This document shows positions 32,426 to 42,716 of a DNA stretch of 64,000 nucleotides, piece after piece. Numbering within the stretch: position 1 is the stretch's first letter; every line of letters begins with the position of its first letter. The stretch lies in contig CAXMWX010000001.1 in NCBI GenBank assembly GCA_963422205.2, forward strand, positions 160,001 through 224,000, written 5' to 3'. Below the pieces are notes generated by a model. The model searched no databases. It was given only the letters and a program-made list of their open reading frames with translations, and was not told the origin of the DNA. The translations under genes were made by a program, and so were the position numbers. Origin of the DNA: Gammaproteobacteria bacterium. Its GTDB lineage: Bacteria; Pseudomonadota; Gammaproteobacteria; Eutrophobiales; Eutrophobiaceae.

Positions 32426-32991
32426 GAGGCTTGCCCGTATCGGGGGGCCGGGTTTTGCCATTGCCAGTGCGGCGGCGGTGCCGGGATAATACGGATGCAA
32501 TCCACCGGGCAGGGCGGCAGACACAGTTCACAGCCGGTGCAGTGGGCGGGAATGATGACGTGTAGCTGTCTGGCCGCCCCGATGATCGCATCCACCGGGC
32601 AGACATGGAGGCATTTGACACAGCCGATGCACCGGTCCGGATCGATATGGGCAATGCGTGCCGCCGGTCGCCCGTTGTCGCCAGCGTTCTCCGAACGGCC
32701 AAGTAACCGGGCCAGTTTGTTTTGTGTGCGGTTGCCACCGGGCGGGCACAGGGAGAGGGATTCATTGGCATGGATCAGGGCAGCGGCATAAGGCGCACAG
32801 CCCGCATAGCCGCATTTGCCACACTGGGTCTGGGGCAGCAGCCGGTTCACCTGTTGCAGCAATTCAGACCGGGCGCTCGCCTTGTCTTCCTGCCCCTCGC
32901 CTGTCTGGCAATCATCAAACCGCAGCAACAGCAGAGACAACACGACACTGATGATGCTGGCAACAGCCAGGGCCGAGAGCAGCGCCAACAT
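32422..32991 (-). CDS. rnfB: Rnf subunit B
   Basis: LPQTQCGKCGYAGC, CPPGG and two ferredoxin motifs. Confidence 0.92.
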   Translation of the reverse strand: MLALLSALAVASIISVVLSLLLLRFDDCQTGEGQEDKASARSELLQQVNRLLPQTQCGKCGYAGCAPYAAALIHANESLSLCPPGGNRTQNKLARLLGRSENAGDNGRPAARIAHIDPDRCIGCVKCLHVCPVDAIIGAARQLHVIIPAHCTGCELCLPPCPVDCIRIIPAPPPHWQWQNPAPRYGQAS

Positions 32992-33573
32992 CTAGGATGC
33001 CGCCAGCCCGGTAAAGCCGAGAAAGGCCATGGCGATCAGCCCCAGGGTAATCAGCTGTATGGACAGGCCCTTGACCGGTGCCGGCAGATCGGCCACTTGC
33101 AGGCGGGCATCAATGGCCGTGAACATCAGCAACACCAGCGCAAACCCCACGCCCGTGCCAAGACCAAAGGCGATCGCAGCCGGGAGGCCAGGATTGCGCT
33201 CAAGCGTCAGCAGGCCGCCGGCCAGCAGCAGGCTGTTCATGGTCAGCAGGGCCTTGAAACGGTGGCTGAGCTCGGCCAGATTGGCGGCCAGCCGCTGTAT
33301 CGGTTTATCGGAGAGCTGGATGATGGCAAAGATACATAACACCAGTAGCAGATAACGAAAGCTGTGCATCCCGGCCAGGCTGAAGAGGGTGATATTAATA
33401 AGGTAGATCACCACGCTGGTCAGGGTCAGCAGATAGATCATGACCAGAGATAATTCGCCTGCCAGCCGCAGCCGCCTTGATGCTGCCAGCAGCGGGCTGA
33501 TGCCGAACAGGTGGTGTACAACGATGTTGTTTACCAGGGCCGTGGCGATGACGATGGAGAGCAGGGTGAGCAT
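32992..33573 (-). CDS. rnfA: Divergent Rnf subunit A (both conserved Cys replaced by Ser)
   Basis: 193 aa; LVNN start, ADLPAPVKG, LIAMAFLGFTGL. GISP and TMNS stand where RnfA normally has GLCP and TTNC. Confidence 0.85.
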   Translation of the reverse strand: MLTLLSIVIATALVNNIVVHHLFGISPLLAASRRLRLAGELSLVMIYLLTLTSVVIYLINITLFSLAGMHSFRYLLLVLCIFAIIQLSDKPIQRLAANLAELSHRFKALLTMNSLLLAGGLLTLERNPGLPAAIAFGLGTGVGFALVLLMFTAIDARLQVADLPAPVKGLSIQLITLGLIAMAFLGFTGLAAS

Positions 33574-33594
33574 GATTTTCAGGTGATGCCGTGG

Positions 33595-35610
33595 CTATTG
33601 TACGCGCATACCCGGTGCTGCTCCGCTATCGGGTTGCAGCAGATACATATCGCTGCTGCCATCGCTGGCCGCCAGCACCATGCCCTCGGAGATTCCAAAG
33701 CGCATCTTGCGGGGCGCCAGGTTGGCGACCATGACCGTCAGGCGTCCTTCCAGAGTGGCCGGGTCATAGGCCGATTTGATGCCAGCGAAGACCCGGCGTG
33801 TCTGCCCGCCGGTATCGAGCGTGAGTTGCAGCAGCCTGTCGGCCCCGGCCACCGGTTCCGCCTTGATGATCCTGGCAATCCGCAAGTCCAGCTTCATGAA
33901 GTCCTCTATGCTGATCAGTTCGGCAGCGGGTTGATCCTGACGCTGTGGGTTCGGCGTGGTACCGGTATTCAGGTTGGCTTTGCTGGCTTTAATCATGGCA
34001 TCTATGTTGTCCTGGGTCATGCGAATCATAAGGGGTTTGAATCTGTTGATGGTATGGTTTAGCAGTGGCTGGTCCAGATCATCCCAGGCCAGCGGTGCGC
34101 TGTTAAGAAAGGCTTCGGCAGCGGCTGCTGTTGCCGGCAGGACGGGCTTTAGGTAGATCATGAGCTGCCGGAACAGGTTGATCCCCTGTGTGCATATCGC
34201 CTGCAATCGGGCCTCATCATCTGCCTGGCGGGCGATGACCCAGGGCTTGTGTGCATCAATGTATTGATTGGCCTCATCGGCCAGTGCCATGATCCGGCGC
34301 ATGGCACGGGCATATTCACGCTGCTCATACGCACTGGCGATCTCCCCGGCTGCTGTACTAAAGGCGGCAAACAGCGCGCTGTCATGCAGCCTGCCACCGA
34401 GTTGGTTTTGAAAACGCTTGTGAATAAAACCGGCACAGCGGCTGGCGATATTGATCACCTTGCCCACCAGGTCGGAGTTCACTCTGAGGATAAAATCCTC
34501 CAGATTGAGATCGATATCCTCCACCCCGGCCCCCAGCCTGGCAGCGAAGTAATAGCGAAGATATTCAGGATTTAAGTGCTGGCTATAGGTCTCGGCGGTG
34601 ATGTATGTGCCGCGTGACTTTGACATTTTCTGCCCATCAACCGTCAGAAAGCCATGCACAAAAATGCCGTTGGGTTTGCGGAAACCGCTGGCTTGCAGCA
34701 TGGCCGGCCAGAACAGGGCATGGAAATACATGATGTCTTTGCCGATGAAGTGGTACAACTCAACCTCGCTGTCGGGCTGAAGGTAGTCGTCAATATTCAC
34801 CGCCTGGCGATCACACCAGTTTTTCAAGGAGGCGAAATAACCGATCGGTGCATCTACCCAGACATAAAAATATTTGCCCGGCGCATCCGGGATTTCAAAA
34901 CCGAAATAGGGTGCATCCCGGGAGATATCCCACGCCTGTAACCCGGCGGCAAACCATTCCTTGAGTTTATTGCTGATCTCATCCTGCAAATGCCCGCTGG
35001 CCGTCCAGTCTTGCAGCATGTCGGCAAAGGCCGGCAGATCAAAAAAATAATGCTCGGATTCTTTGACCAGCGGGGTAGTGCCCGAGATAGCCGATACCGG
35101 ATTGATCAAATCTGCCGGGGCATAGGTGCGGTTACACTGCTCACAACTATCGCCATATTGATCTGCTGCATGGCAAAACGGACACTCGCCGCGGATAAAG
35201 CGATCCGGCAGGAACAGCGATTTTTCCGCATCGTATAACTGCGTGATGCGGCGGCGCGTGATATGCCCGGCGGCTTGCAGGCGGCGGTAGATGAGGTGGG
35301 CAAAATAGCGGTTCTCTTCTGAATGGGTGGAATGATAGTTATCAAAGCCGATATGAAAGGCAGCAAAGTCACGCTTGTGTTCGTTTGCCGTGCGCTCGAT
35401 CAATGCCTCGGGCGTCACCCCCTCCTGTTCGGCTTTGAGCATGATGGGTGTTCCATGGGCATCATCGGCGCAGACATAAACACAGTCATGGCCGCACAGC
35501 CGCTGGAAACGTACCCAGATGTCGGTCTGAATATACTCCAGCAGATGACCGATATGGATCGGCCCGTTGGCATAGGGCAGGGCGCTGGTGATCAGTATTT
35601 TTCTCATCAT
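33595..35610 (-). CDS. metG: Methionine--tRNA ligase
   Basis: [18 protein letters not shown]-terminal tRNA-binding domain. Confidence 0.97.
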   Translation of the reverse strand: MMRKILITSALPYANGPIHIGHLLEYIQTDIWVRFQRLCGHDCVYVCADDAHGTPIMLKAEQEGVTPEALIERTANEHKRDFAAFHIGFDNYHSTHSEENRYFAHLIYRRLQAAGHITRRRITQLYDAEKSLFLPDRFIRGECPFCHAADQYGDSCEQCNRTYAPADLINPVSAISGTTPLVKESEHYFFDLPAFADMLQDWTASGHLQDEISNKLKEWFAAGLQAWDISRDAPYFGFEIPDAPGKYFYVWVDAPIGYFASLKNWCDRQAVNIDDYLQPDSEVELYHFIGKDIMYFHALFWPAMLQASGFRKPNGIFVHGFLTVDGQKMSKSRGTYITAETYSQHLNPEYLRYYFAARLGAGVEDIDLNLEDFILRVNSDLVGKVINIASRCAGFIHKRFQNQLGGRLHDSALFAAFSTAAGEIASAYEQREYARAMRRIMALADEANQYIDAHKPWVIARQADDEARLQAICTQGINLFRQLMIYLKPVLPATAAAAEAFLNSAPLAWDDLDQPLLNHTINRFKPLMIRMTQDNIDAMIKASKANLNTGTTPNPQRQDQPAAELISIEDFMKLDLRIARIIKAEPVAGADRLLQLTLDTGGQTRRVFAGIKSAYDPATLEGRLTVMVANLAPRKMRFGISEGMVLAASDGSSDMYLLQPDSGAAPGMRVQ

Positions 35611-35766
35611 CAATTACGTTACCCGATCAACGGGTTATAAGCACTTGTCAATCAGCGACCTAACTTATCATCATTCCCATGCCGGGTGAAGCAAAGCCAT
35701 GATAAGAGATGGTAAAATCGTGTAGAATGCCTAGCGTGTTTGAACAGACAGACAGGTTGCCGCACG

Positions 35767-36855
35767 ATGCCAATCAGTAATGAGAAGATCGAAGATGCAC
35801 TGACAAATGTGATCGATGTCCACCTGCAACAGGATATTATCACCGCCGGCATGGTCAGGGAAATCGTCACCGATGCCGACCAGGTGAGCATACACTTAGA
35901 GCTTGCCTATCCGGCGGCCAGCTACCATGCCAGCTTGCAGCAGCAGATTGAACAATGCCTGCAAAACAACACGAACATCAGCTCCGTGCAGTGCCGGTTC
36001 AGCACCAACATCGTATCCCATGCGGTGCAAAAAGGCGTCAAGCCGCTGGATAATGTCAAGAATACCCTGGTTGTCGCCTCCGGCAAGGGCGGCGTGGGCA
36101 AGTCCACCACCGCCGTTAATCTGGCGCTGGCCTTGCAGGGTGAAGGTGCCAGTGTGGGTATTCTCGATGCCGACATCTACGGCCCCAGCCAGCCACGTAT
36201 GCTGGGTTGCCAGGCCAAGCCCGACAGCCCGGATGGCAAGCGCATTGAGCCGAACATCAGCTACCAGTTGCAATCCATGTCCATCGGGTATCTGGTCAAT
36301 GAAGAGACGCCCATGATCTGGCGGGGGCCGATGGTGACCTCCGCCTTGGAGCAGTTGCTGGGGGATACGAATTGGTCCGGGCTGGATTATCTGGTGATCG
36401 ATCTGCCGCCCGGCACGGGCGATATTCAGCTTACCCTGTGCCAGAAGATACCGGTCTCCGGGGCCATCATCGTCACCACCCCGCAGGACATTGCCCTGCT
36501 GGATGCGCGCAAGGGCCTGGGCATGTTTGAGAAAGTGGCGGTGCCGGTGCTGGGGATCGTGGAGAACATGAGCACGCATATCTGTCGCAACTGTGGCCAT
36601 GAAGAGCCTATCTTCGGTCACGGTGGCGGCCAGCAGATGGCACAGCAACATGGGGTTGATCTGCTTGGCACCTTGCCGCTGGACCGGGCTATCCGTGAAG
36701 GTGCAGATAATGGCCGGCCGACCGTGGCGATGGATGCCGACTCCGCCATTGCCGCCACCTACCGCACCATCGCCCGCAATGCCGCCGCCCGGCTGTCCCG
36801 GCGCGCAAAAGATTACAGCGGCAGGTTTCCGAAGATTGTCGTGGAGACGGCCTGA
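35767..36855 (+). CDS. apbC: Fe-S cluster carrier ATPase Mrp/ApbC
   Basis: [30 protein letters not shown]..CxxC; divergent from metG. Confidence 0.95.
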   Translation: MPISNEKIEDALTNVIDVHLQQDIITAGMVREIVTDADQVSIHLELAYPAASYHASLQQQIEQCLQNNTNISSVQCRFSTNIVSHAVQKGVKPLDNVKNTLVVASGKGGVGKSTTAVNLALALQGEGASVGILDADIYGPSQPRMLGCQAKPDSPDGKRIEPNISYQLQSMSIGYLVNEETPMIWRGPMVTSALEQLLGDTNWSGLDYLVIDLPPGTGDIQLTLCQKIPVSGAIIVTTPQDIALLDARKGLGMFEKVAVPVLGIVENMSTHICRNCGHEEPIFGHGGGQQMAQQHGVDLLGTLPLDRAIREGADNGRPTVAMDADSAIAATYRTIARNAAARLSRRAKDYSGRFPKIVVETA

Positions 36856-37421
36856 TGCCGGTAAAAAGCGATCGCTGGATCAGACGCATGGCCGCTGAGC
36901 AGCAGTTGATTGCCCCGTTTGAGCCGGCACAGGTCAGGCAAAGCGGCAGCACCCGCCTGATTTCCTACGGCACCTCCAGCTACGGTTATGATGTGCGTTG
37001 TTCCGATGAGTTTAAGATTTTCACCAATATCAATTCCGCCATTGTTGATCCGAAGAATTTTGACGAGAGCAGTTTTGTTGATTTTACCGGCGAGGTCTGC
37101 ATCATCCCGCCGAATTCTTTTGCCCTGGCAAAGACAGTCGAATATTTTCATATCCCGCGCAACGTGCTGACGATTTGTCTGGGCAAATCGACCTATGCCC
37201 GTTGCGGCATCATCGTCAACGTCACGCCGCTGGAGCCGGAGTGGGAAGGGCATGTCACGCTGGAGTTCTCCAACACCACGCCGCTGCCGGCCAGGGTCTA
37301 TGCCAACGAGGGCGTTGCCCAGGTCATTTTTCTGCAATCCGATGAGCCTTGCGAGGTGTCCTATAAAGACAAAGGCGGCAAGTACCAGGGCCAGCGGGGC
37401 GTTACCCTGCCAAGGGCCTAG
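36855..37421 (+). CDS. dcd: dCTP deaminase
   Basis: [24 protein letters not shown]. Confidence 0.96.
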   Translation: MPVKSDRWIRRMAAEQQLIAPFEPAQVRQSGSTRLISYGTSSYGYDVRCSDEFKIFTNINSAIVDPKNFDESSFVDFTGEVCIIPPNSFALAKTVEYFHIPRNVLTICLGKSTYARCGIIVNVTPLEPEWEGHVTLEFSNTTPLPARVYANEGVAQVIFLQSDEPCEVSYKDKGGKYQGQRGVTLPRA

Positions 37422-37607
37422 TTCGGAGATCCCCGGATCGTTATCTGCCCATGCTGTGAATTTCGGCCCGGCAGCACGCCCCCGGAAGACTGTGACGAAA
37501 AACCTGCGGCTGTCCTGGACGCCGCTTTGCCCGCCCTCTGCTTCGCCTCTGCCAGCAGGGGGCATCATCGCCTGTCGACTTGGCTGCAATCCCGCCTACA
37601 ATAACGC

Positions 37608-39002
37608 ATGTATTTCTTTCCGGCATTTTTGAATCTGCAAGATCGCACCTGCCTGGTGGTGGGCGGCGGGGATGTTGCCTTACGCAAGATTCAGCCACTG
37701 CACAGGGCCGGGGCGCAACTGCGGGTGGTGGCGCCGGACATCTCCCCGGCGATAAGCCGCCTGCTGGCCACCGCGCCGCATGAATTGCACGAGCGGGCAT
37801 TTGCCAGGCCGGATATGGACGGGTGCGCCGTGGTGATCGCCGCCACCGATGATGAGGCCGTCAACAAGGCGGTATACCAGCAGGCGATGCAAAGCAATCT
37901 GCCGGTCAACACGGTTGATAACCTGGCGCTGTGCAGCTTCATCGTGCCGTCCACCGTGGATCGCGCCCCGGTGCAGATAGCCATCTCTACCGGTGGTACT
38001 TCGCCGGTGCTGGCGCGCCTGCTGCGCTCACGCCTGGAGACCCTCATCCCGTCCGGGTTCGGCAGGCTCGTCAGCTTGATGGGGGAGTTTCGCGATCAGG
38101 TGAAACAGCGTTTTCCAAATACCGATCAGCGGCGGCGCTTTTGGGAGAGAACAATACAGGGCCCCATCGCCGAGATGATGTTTGCCGGCCAGGACAAGGC
38201 CGCCCTGGCGGCTTTACGCCGGCAACTGACAGATCAGAATGCACGCGTTGAGCAGACCGGTGAGGTGTATCTGATCGGCGGCGGGCCGGGCGATCCTGAC
38301 CTGCTCACCTTTCGCGCCCTGCGGCTGATGCAACAGGCCGATGTGGTGTTGTACGATCGTCTGCTGGCCCCGGCCATCCTGGAACTGGTCAGGCGCGATG
38401 CGGAGCGAATCTATGTCGGGAAAAAACAGGACCGTCATGCGGTGCCACAGACGGAGATCAATGAACGGCTGATCACGCTGGCAAAACAGGGCAAGCGGGT
38501 ATGTCGCTTAAAGGGCGGCGACCCGTTCATCTTTGGCCGAGGCGGGGAGGAGATCGCCGAGCTGGCTGCCGCCGGCATACCGTTTCAAATCGTCCCCGGT
38601 ATCACGGCGGCGGCTGGTTGTGCCGCTTATGCGGGGATCCCCTTAACGCATCGTGATCATGCACAAGCCTGTTTGTTTATCACCGCTCACCTCAAGGACG
38701 GCGCCCTGGATATGAACTGGCCGGCGCTGATACAGCCGCAGCAGACGCTGGCGATCTATATGGGCGTCAGCGGCATTGAGGTATTGACAAGGGAGCTGTT
38801 GCGCCACGGCATGGCCGCCGCATTGCCCGCCGCCATCGTTCAGCAGGGGACAACACCACAGCAAAAAATCTACATAGGCACCGTGAGTACGTTGCCGGAT
38901 ATTGTCATGCACAACGACATCAAGGCGCCCGCCATGATCATCATCGGCGAGGTGGTGAAGCTGCATGAAAGACTGGCATGGTATGCCGAGGGCAAGCGAT
39001 AG
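37608..39002 (+). CDS. cysG: Siroheme synthase
   Basis: VGGGDVA N-terminal domain; GGGPGDPDLLT, RLKGGDPFIFGRGGEE. Confidence 0.96.
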   Translation: MYFFPAFLNLQDRTCLVVGGGDVALRKIQPLHRAGAQLRVVAPDISPAISRLLATAPHELHERAFARPDMDGCAVVIAATDDEAVNKAVYQQAMQSNLPVNTVDNLALCSFIVPSTVDRAPVQIAISTGGTSPVLARLLRSRLETLIPSGFGRLVSLMGEFRDQVKQRFPNTDQRRRFWERTIQGPIAEMMFAGQDKAALAALRRQLTDQNARVEQTGEVYLIGGGPGDPDLLTFRALRLMQQADVVLYDRLLAPAILELVRRDAERIYVGKKQDRHAVPQTEINERLITLAKQGKRVCRLKGGDPFIFGRGGEEIAELAAAGIPFQIVPGITAAAGCAAYAGIPLTHRDHAQACLFITAHLKDGALDMNWPALIQPQQTLAIYMGVSGIEVLTRELLRHGMAAALPAAIVQQGTTPQQKIYIGTVSTLPDIVMHNDIKAPAMIIIGEVVKLHERLAWYAEGKR

Positions 39003-39072
39003 CCGCCCAAAAAATCGGCCTGCTGGCAGGTTGGTCTCATCCGCCATGCCTGACGATGACGATGACGATGAC

Positions 39073-39348
39073 CTTGTCCGGTTAGCCCACACCTCTGCCC
39101 CTAACCAAACGCAAGACCGCCGCCTTGGTCTTTCCTTCCATTATATGCCGACCTGCACCAGGCAAATCATCGGCGCCTGGGACAGCGCCGCCCTGGTGCG
39201 CGGGGAAGACCGCTTTGGGCATTTTGAAATAACTCCCCGCCCCACCCAGGACTATGATCCTCAAGTGCTGCCTTTCCATGAAAAAGCGACCCATGCCATG
39301 CGGGACGTCTTGTTCAAAGAGGCTGAAAAAGTGCGCTCCACCCTTTGA
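39073..39348 (+). pseudogene. C-terminal fragment of a phytanoyl-CoA dioxygenase (PhyH)-family gene
   Basis: VRLAHTSAPN...DRRLG...DSAALVRGEDRFGHF resembles the distal-His/Arg end of PhyH-like dioxygenases; the N-terminal HxD part is absent. Confidence 0.6.
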
Positions 39349-39625
39349 GTCGCCTAAAGCAAAGACATGGTTCTGAAGAGATAACAGAAATTTTTCGTAT
39401 TTTTGCCTGAAAATATTTTGCATCGGAAGGTGATGGCTTTGCTTTTTGTTGGTCAAGCGGTTTTATCTTCCTCCTTCCGTTATTCATGGGTTGCCCATGG
39501 CGTTCTATGTGTTCCATTCGGGGCAGTGGGTTGTCTTTTGGCTGGCGAGTAGAATAGCAGATATAATCGAAAATGCGCCTTTGGCAGATAAGGTCATCGC
39601 ACCAATTAAGATAAAGAAAATACCT

Positions 39626-41335
39626 ATGGCTAACAAACAACAGAAATCGGACTTGCGAGGGAAAGAGCCGCTCGCAAAACAGCTTTGGAGGGCGGCAGAT
39701 AAGCTCAGAAAGAACATCGATGCCGCAGAGTACAAGCACGTTGTTCTGGGGTTAATGTTCCTGCGTTATATCTCCGATGCCTTTGAAGCGCTCTATCAAC
39801 AGCTCAAAGCAGGCGAAGGCGAATATGCCGGCGCCGACCCGGAAGACAAAGACGAATACAAGGCGGAAAATGTCTTTTTTGTGCCAAAGGAATCGCGCTG
39901 GCGTCACCTGCTCAACGAAGCGAAGAAACCCACCATTGGCAAGCGCATTGATGAGGCCATGGATGCCATCGAAAAGGAAAACCCTGCCTTGTTGAAAGGG
40001 GTGCTGCCGAAAGTCTATGCCCGCCAAAACCTGGATCCGGTCAGTCTTGGCGAATTGCTCGACCTGATCGCCAATATCGCCTTGGGCGATACCAAACAGC
40101 AAAGCGCCGATGTGCTCGGCCATGTGTTTGAGTATTTCCTCGGCGAATTTGCCCTGGCAGAAGGCAAGAAAGGCGGGCAATTCTACACGCCAGCAAGTGT
40201 CGTAGGCTTATTGGTGGCAATGCTGGAACCCTATCAGGGCCGCGTGTTTGATCCCTGCTGTGGTTCGGGCGGTATGTTTGTGCAGTCGGAAAAGTTCGTC
40301 CTGGAGCATCAGGGAAGAATCAATGACATTTCCATCTACGGACAGGAAAGCAACCAGACCACCTGGCGGCTGGCGAAAATGAACCTCGCCATACGCGGCA
40401 TCGACAGCTCACAGGTAAAATGGAACAATGAGGGCTCATTTCTCAACGATGCCCACAAAGACGTCAAAGTCGATACCATCATCGCCAATCCGCCGTTTAA
40501 CGACAGCGACTGGAGCGGTGATGTATTGCGTAAAGACGGGCGCTGGCAGTTCGGTGTACCGCCACAAGGCAACGCCAACTATGCCTGGATTCAGCACTTC
40601 CTGTACCACCTCGCCCCCGGCGGACAAGCGGGTTTTGTGCTGGCAAAAGGGGCCTTGACCTCCAAATCCTCCGGGGAGTGGGAGATACGCAAAAACCTGA
40701 TTGAAGCCGACCTGATCGACTGCATCGTCAACCTGCCCGCCAAACTGTTCCTCAATACGCAGATCCCCGCCTGCCTTTGGTTTATGCGAAGGAATAGAAA
40801 CCACCCCGCCCTAAAGGGCACCCCTCCATCGGAGGGGAATGTACCGCCTCGCCTTTCAGGCACCCCGCCAATGGAGGGGAATGTACCACCCCGCCTTTCA
40901 GGCACCCCGCCACCGGAGGGGAATCGAAGCAAGGAGATTCTTTTTATTGATGCCAGAAACCTCGGCCACCTCATCAACAGACGCACCAGGGAATTTTCAA
41001 AAGCAGACATTCAAACGATTGCCGACACCTACCACAACTGGCGCCATTCCCCTCCCTCGGAGGGGTGGCAGCCGTCAGAGACGGCTGACGGGGCGGTTCA
41101 TGAGGGCAACTACGAAGACATCCCCGGCTTTTGCAATTCCGCTTCCATTGAGCGAGTCAAAGCGCTCGATTACGTCCTCACGCCGGGGCGCTATGTGGGG
41201 CTGGCCGGGGAAGACGATGACTTTGATTTTGCCGAACGATTCGCCCAACTCAAAGCCGAGTTTGCAACACAATTAAAAGAAGAAAGCAGGCTCAATGAGA
41301 TTATTGTTGCCAACCTGGATAAAATGAAACCATGA
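39626..41335 (+). CDS. hsdM: Type I RM methyltransferase subunit
   Basis: [24 protein letters not shown] (motif I), ANPPF (motif IV), LTPGRYVG. Start is ATG 39626. Confidence 0.96.
   Translation: MANKQQKSDLRGKEPLAKQLWRAADKLRKNIDAAEYKHVVLGLMFLRYISDAFEALYQQLKAGEGEYAGADPEDKDEYKAENVFFVPKESRWRHLLNEAKKPTIGKRIDEAMDAIEKENPALLKGVLPKVYARQNLDPVSLGELLDLIANIALGDTKQQSADVLGHVFEYFLGEFALAEGKKGGQFYTPASVVGLLVAMLEPYQGRVFDPCCGSGGMFVQSEKFVLEHQGRINDISIYGQESNQTTWRLAKMNLAIRGIDSSQVKWNNEGSFLNDAHKDVKVDTIIANPPFNDSDWSGDVLRKDGRWQFGVPPQGNANYAWIQHFLYHLAPGGQAGFVLAKGALTSKSSGEWEIRKNLIEADLIDCIVNLPAKLFLNTQIPACLWFMRRNRNHPALKGTPPSEGNVPPRLSGTPPMEGNVPPRLSGTPPPEGNRSKEILFIDARNLGHLINRRTREFSKADIQTIADTYHNWRHSPPSEGWQPSETADGAVHEGNYEDIPGFCNSASIERVKALDYVLTPGRYVGLAGEDDDFDFAERFAQLKAEFATQLKEESRLNEIIVANLDKMKP
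40800..40924. repeat. Three tandem 42-43 bp hairpin repeats in frame inside hsdM
   Basis: Unit ACC(A/G)CC(C/T)CGCC..GGCACCCC(T/G)CC-nnn-GGAGGGGAAT, translating as (GTPPxEGN)x3. Confidence 0.9.
41046..41098. repeat. Same repeat family in the opposite orientation, in frame inside hsdM
   Basis: ATTCCCCTCC-CTC-GGAGGGGTGG-CAGCCGTC-AGA-GACGGCTG-ACGGGGCGGTT. Confidence 0.88.
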
Positions 41336-41754
41336 ACATAGACACACAATTTCTCGCCCGTTGCCTTGCCGCATTGGAAAAAGCCATGCAGCAGCTACCA
41401 CAGTTTACCGAAGCCGACATTGAATACGACATCTACCGGGCGGCCATTGTCAAAGAGTTTGAGATTGCGCTGGAACAAAGTGGCAAGCTGTTAAAAAAAC
41501 GCCTGCAACCCTTTTTTCACACCCACAAAGCGGCGGACAGGCTTCACTTCAAAGACATCTTCCGTCAGGCCGGGCAACACGGGCTGCTGGACATAGACGA
41601 GGTGGAACGCTGGCTGGCATACCGCGACAACCGAAACGCCACCGCCCATGATTATGGCGCGGCGCTGGCGCAACAAACCCTGCCGCTGATGCCGCAATTT
41701 ATCACCGATGCCAAAAAACTGGTCAGCATACTGCAAGCCAACCATGATCATTAG
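41332..41754 (+). CDS. HEPN-domain toxin (HI0074-like), copy 1
   Basis: [17 protein letters not shown] and the RX4HXY motif RNATAHDY; ATGA overlap with the hsdM stop. Confidence 0.85.
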   Translation: MNIDTQFLARCLAALEKAMQQLPQFTEADIEYDIYRAAIVKEFEIALEQSGKLLKKRLQPFFHTHKAADRLHFKDIFRQAGQHGLLDIDEVERWLAYRDNRNATAHDYGAALAQQTLPLMPQFITDAKKLVSILQANHDH

Positions 41755-42070
41755 AGCAAAAGACCGGCAACGCATACAGCGCATCGCGGGCGAGGTATTC
41801 ACCGCACCATTGGAAATATGGGCCTATGGCAGCCGGGTCACACACCGGGCGCACCCATGCAGCGATTTGGATCTGGTCATCCGCACCGAAAGCCTGAGGC
41901 CGGTGGATAGGGGGCAGTTGCTGACGTTTACAGAGTTGCTGCAAGAATCCAACATCCCGTTTATTGTGCAGGTATTCGACTGGGCAGAGCTGCCCGACTC
42001 TTTTCGGCAAAACATCCTGAACCATTACCAGGTATTTTTTTCTTCCCTGCCGGAAAAGCACAGTGTATGA
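41744..42070 (+). CDS. Minimal nucleotidyltransferase (MNT) antitoxin, copy 1
   Basis: GS-X10-DXD motif [16 protein letters not shown]; [13 protein letters not shown]. Confidence 0.87.
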   Translation: MIIRAKDRQRIQRIAGEVFTAPLEIWAYGSRVTHRAHPCSDLDLVIRTESLRPVDRGQLLTFTELLQESNIPFIVQVFDWAELPDSFRQNILNHYQVFFSSLPEKHSV

Positions 42071-42288
42071 GCGGAGAGGTGCAAAAAATTGTATCAGGTA
42101 GAGACGCAACATTTTGCGTCTCTACAATGGTCACAAATTGCGACCGGTTCGATTCTTTGAGGTCACAATCTGTCACCTCAAAAGGGCGCGGGGGAAGACG
42201 ATATCTTCCCTATGCCTTCACCGAGCAGGGCATAGCCATGCTTTCAGCCGTGTTGCGTAGCGAGACGGCCATCACCAAAGCCATGTAA
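42067..42288 (+). pseudogene. Chimeric remnant: HsdS-like tail, a REP, and an ORF6N-domain fragment
   Basis: MSGEV start, REP at 42098, then [39 protein letters not shown], typical of ORF6N; truncated at both ends. Confidence 0.75.
42098..42125. repeat. GTAG-type REP palindrome
   Basis: GTAGAGACGCAA-CATT-TTGCGTCTCTAC, perfect 12-bp arms. Confidence 0.92.
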
Positions 42289-42308
42289 CATAAAGAACCT
42301 TATAAATT

Positions 42309-42716
42309 ATGAACAACGACAACCGATGGAAGCAACGCTTTCAAAACTTTGAAAAATCTTACCGGGTATTGCTGCGAAGGGTAGAAGAATATCAAACAGA
42401 CCCCAATTCAGAAGCCTACCAAATGGCACTGATCCAGGGGTTTGAAATACTACAGGAACTCAGTTGGAAAACCTTAAAAGACTATCTGGAAAATGAAGGG
42501 GTGCCGGTAAAACCCAATCCCAAAGACACTATTAGAAACGCTTTTCAAAATGAACTTGTTGCCCATCCCGAAGCCTGGATAAAAAGCATAGAAAACCGCC
42601 ACCGCACCAGCCACACGTACAATGAGAAAATATTACATGAAACCGTACATTACATTGCTGAAGATTTTTATCCCATTGTGCGCGACCTGTATGATCAATT
42701 AAAAGCCAGGCTATGA
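42309..42716 (+). CDS. HEPN-domain toxin (HI0074-like), copy 2
   Basis: RWKQRFQNF, LIQGFE..ELSWKTLKDYL and the RX4HXY motif RHRTSHTY. Confidence 0.88.
   Translation: MNNDNRWKQRFQNFEKSYRVLLRRVEEYQTDPNSEAYQMALIQGFEILQELSWKTLKDYLENEGVPVKPNPKDTIRNAFQNELVAHPEAWIKSIENRHRTSHTYNEKILHETVHYIAEDFYPIVRDLYDQLKARL

Noticed and set aside
30898-32524. Long N-terminal extensions on RnfD and RnfC in the ORF track
   Set aside because: They overlap upstream genes; family-like sequence starts at 30897 and 32425. The same applies to amtB, hsdM, apaG and the addB-like gene.
39082-39739. Minus-strand ORFs 39082-39456 and 39314-39739
   Set aside because: No recognisable motifs, and they overlap the PhyH remnant or hsdM on the opposite strand.
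40800-40924. Possible CRISPR array
   Set aside because: The units are contiguous with no unique spacers, lie in frame in hsdM, and there are no cas genes.
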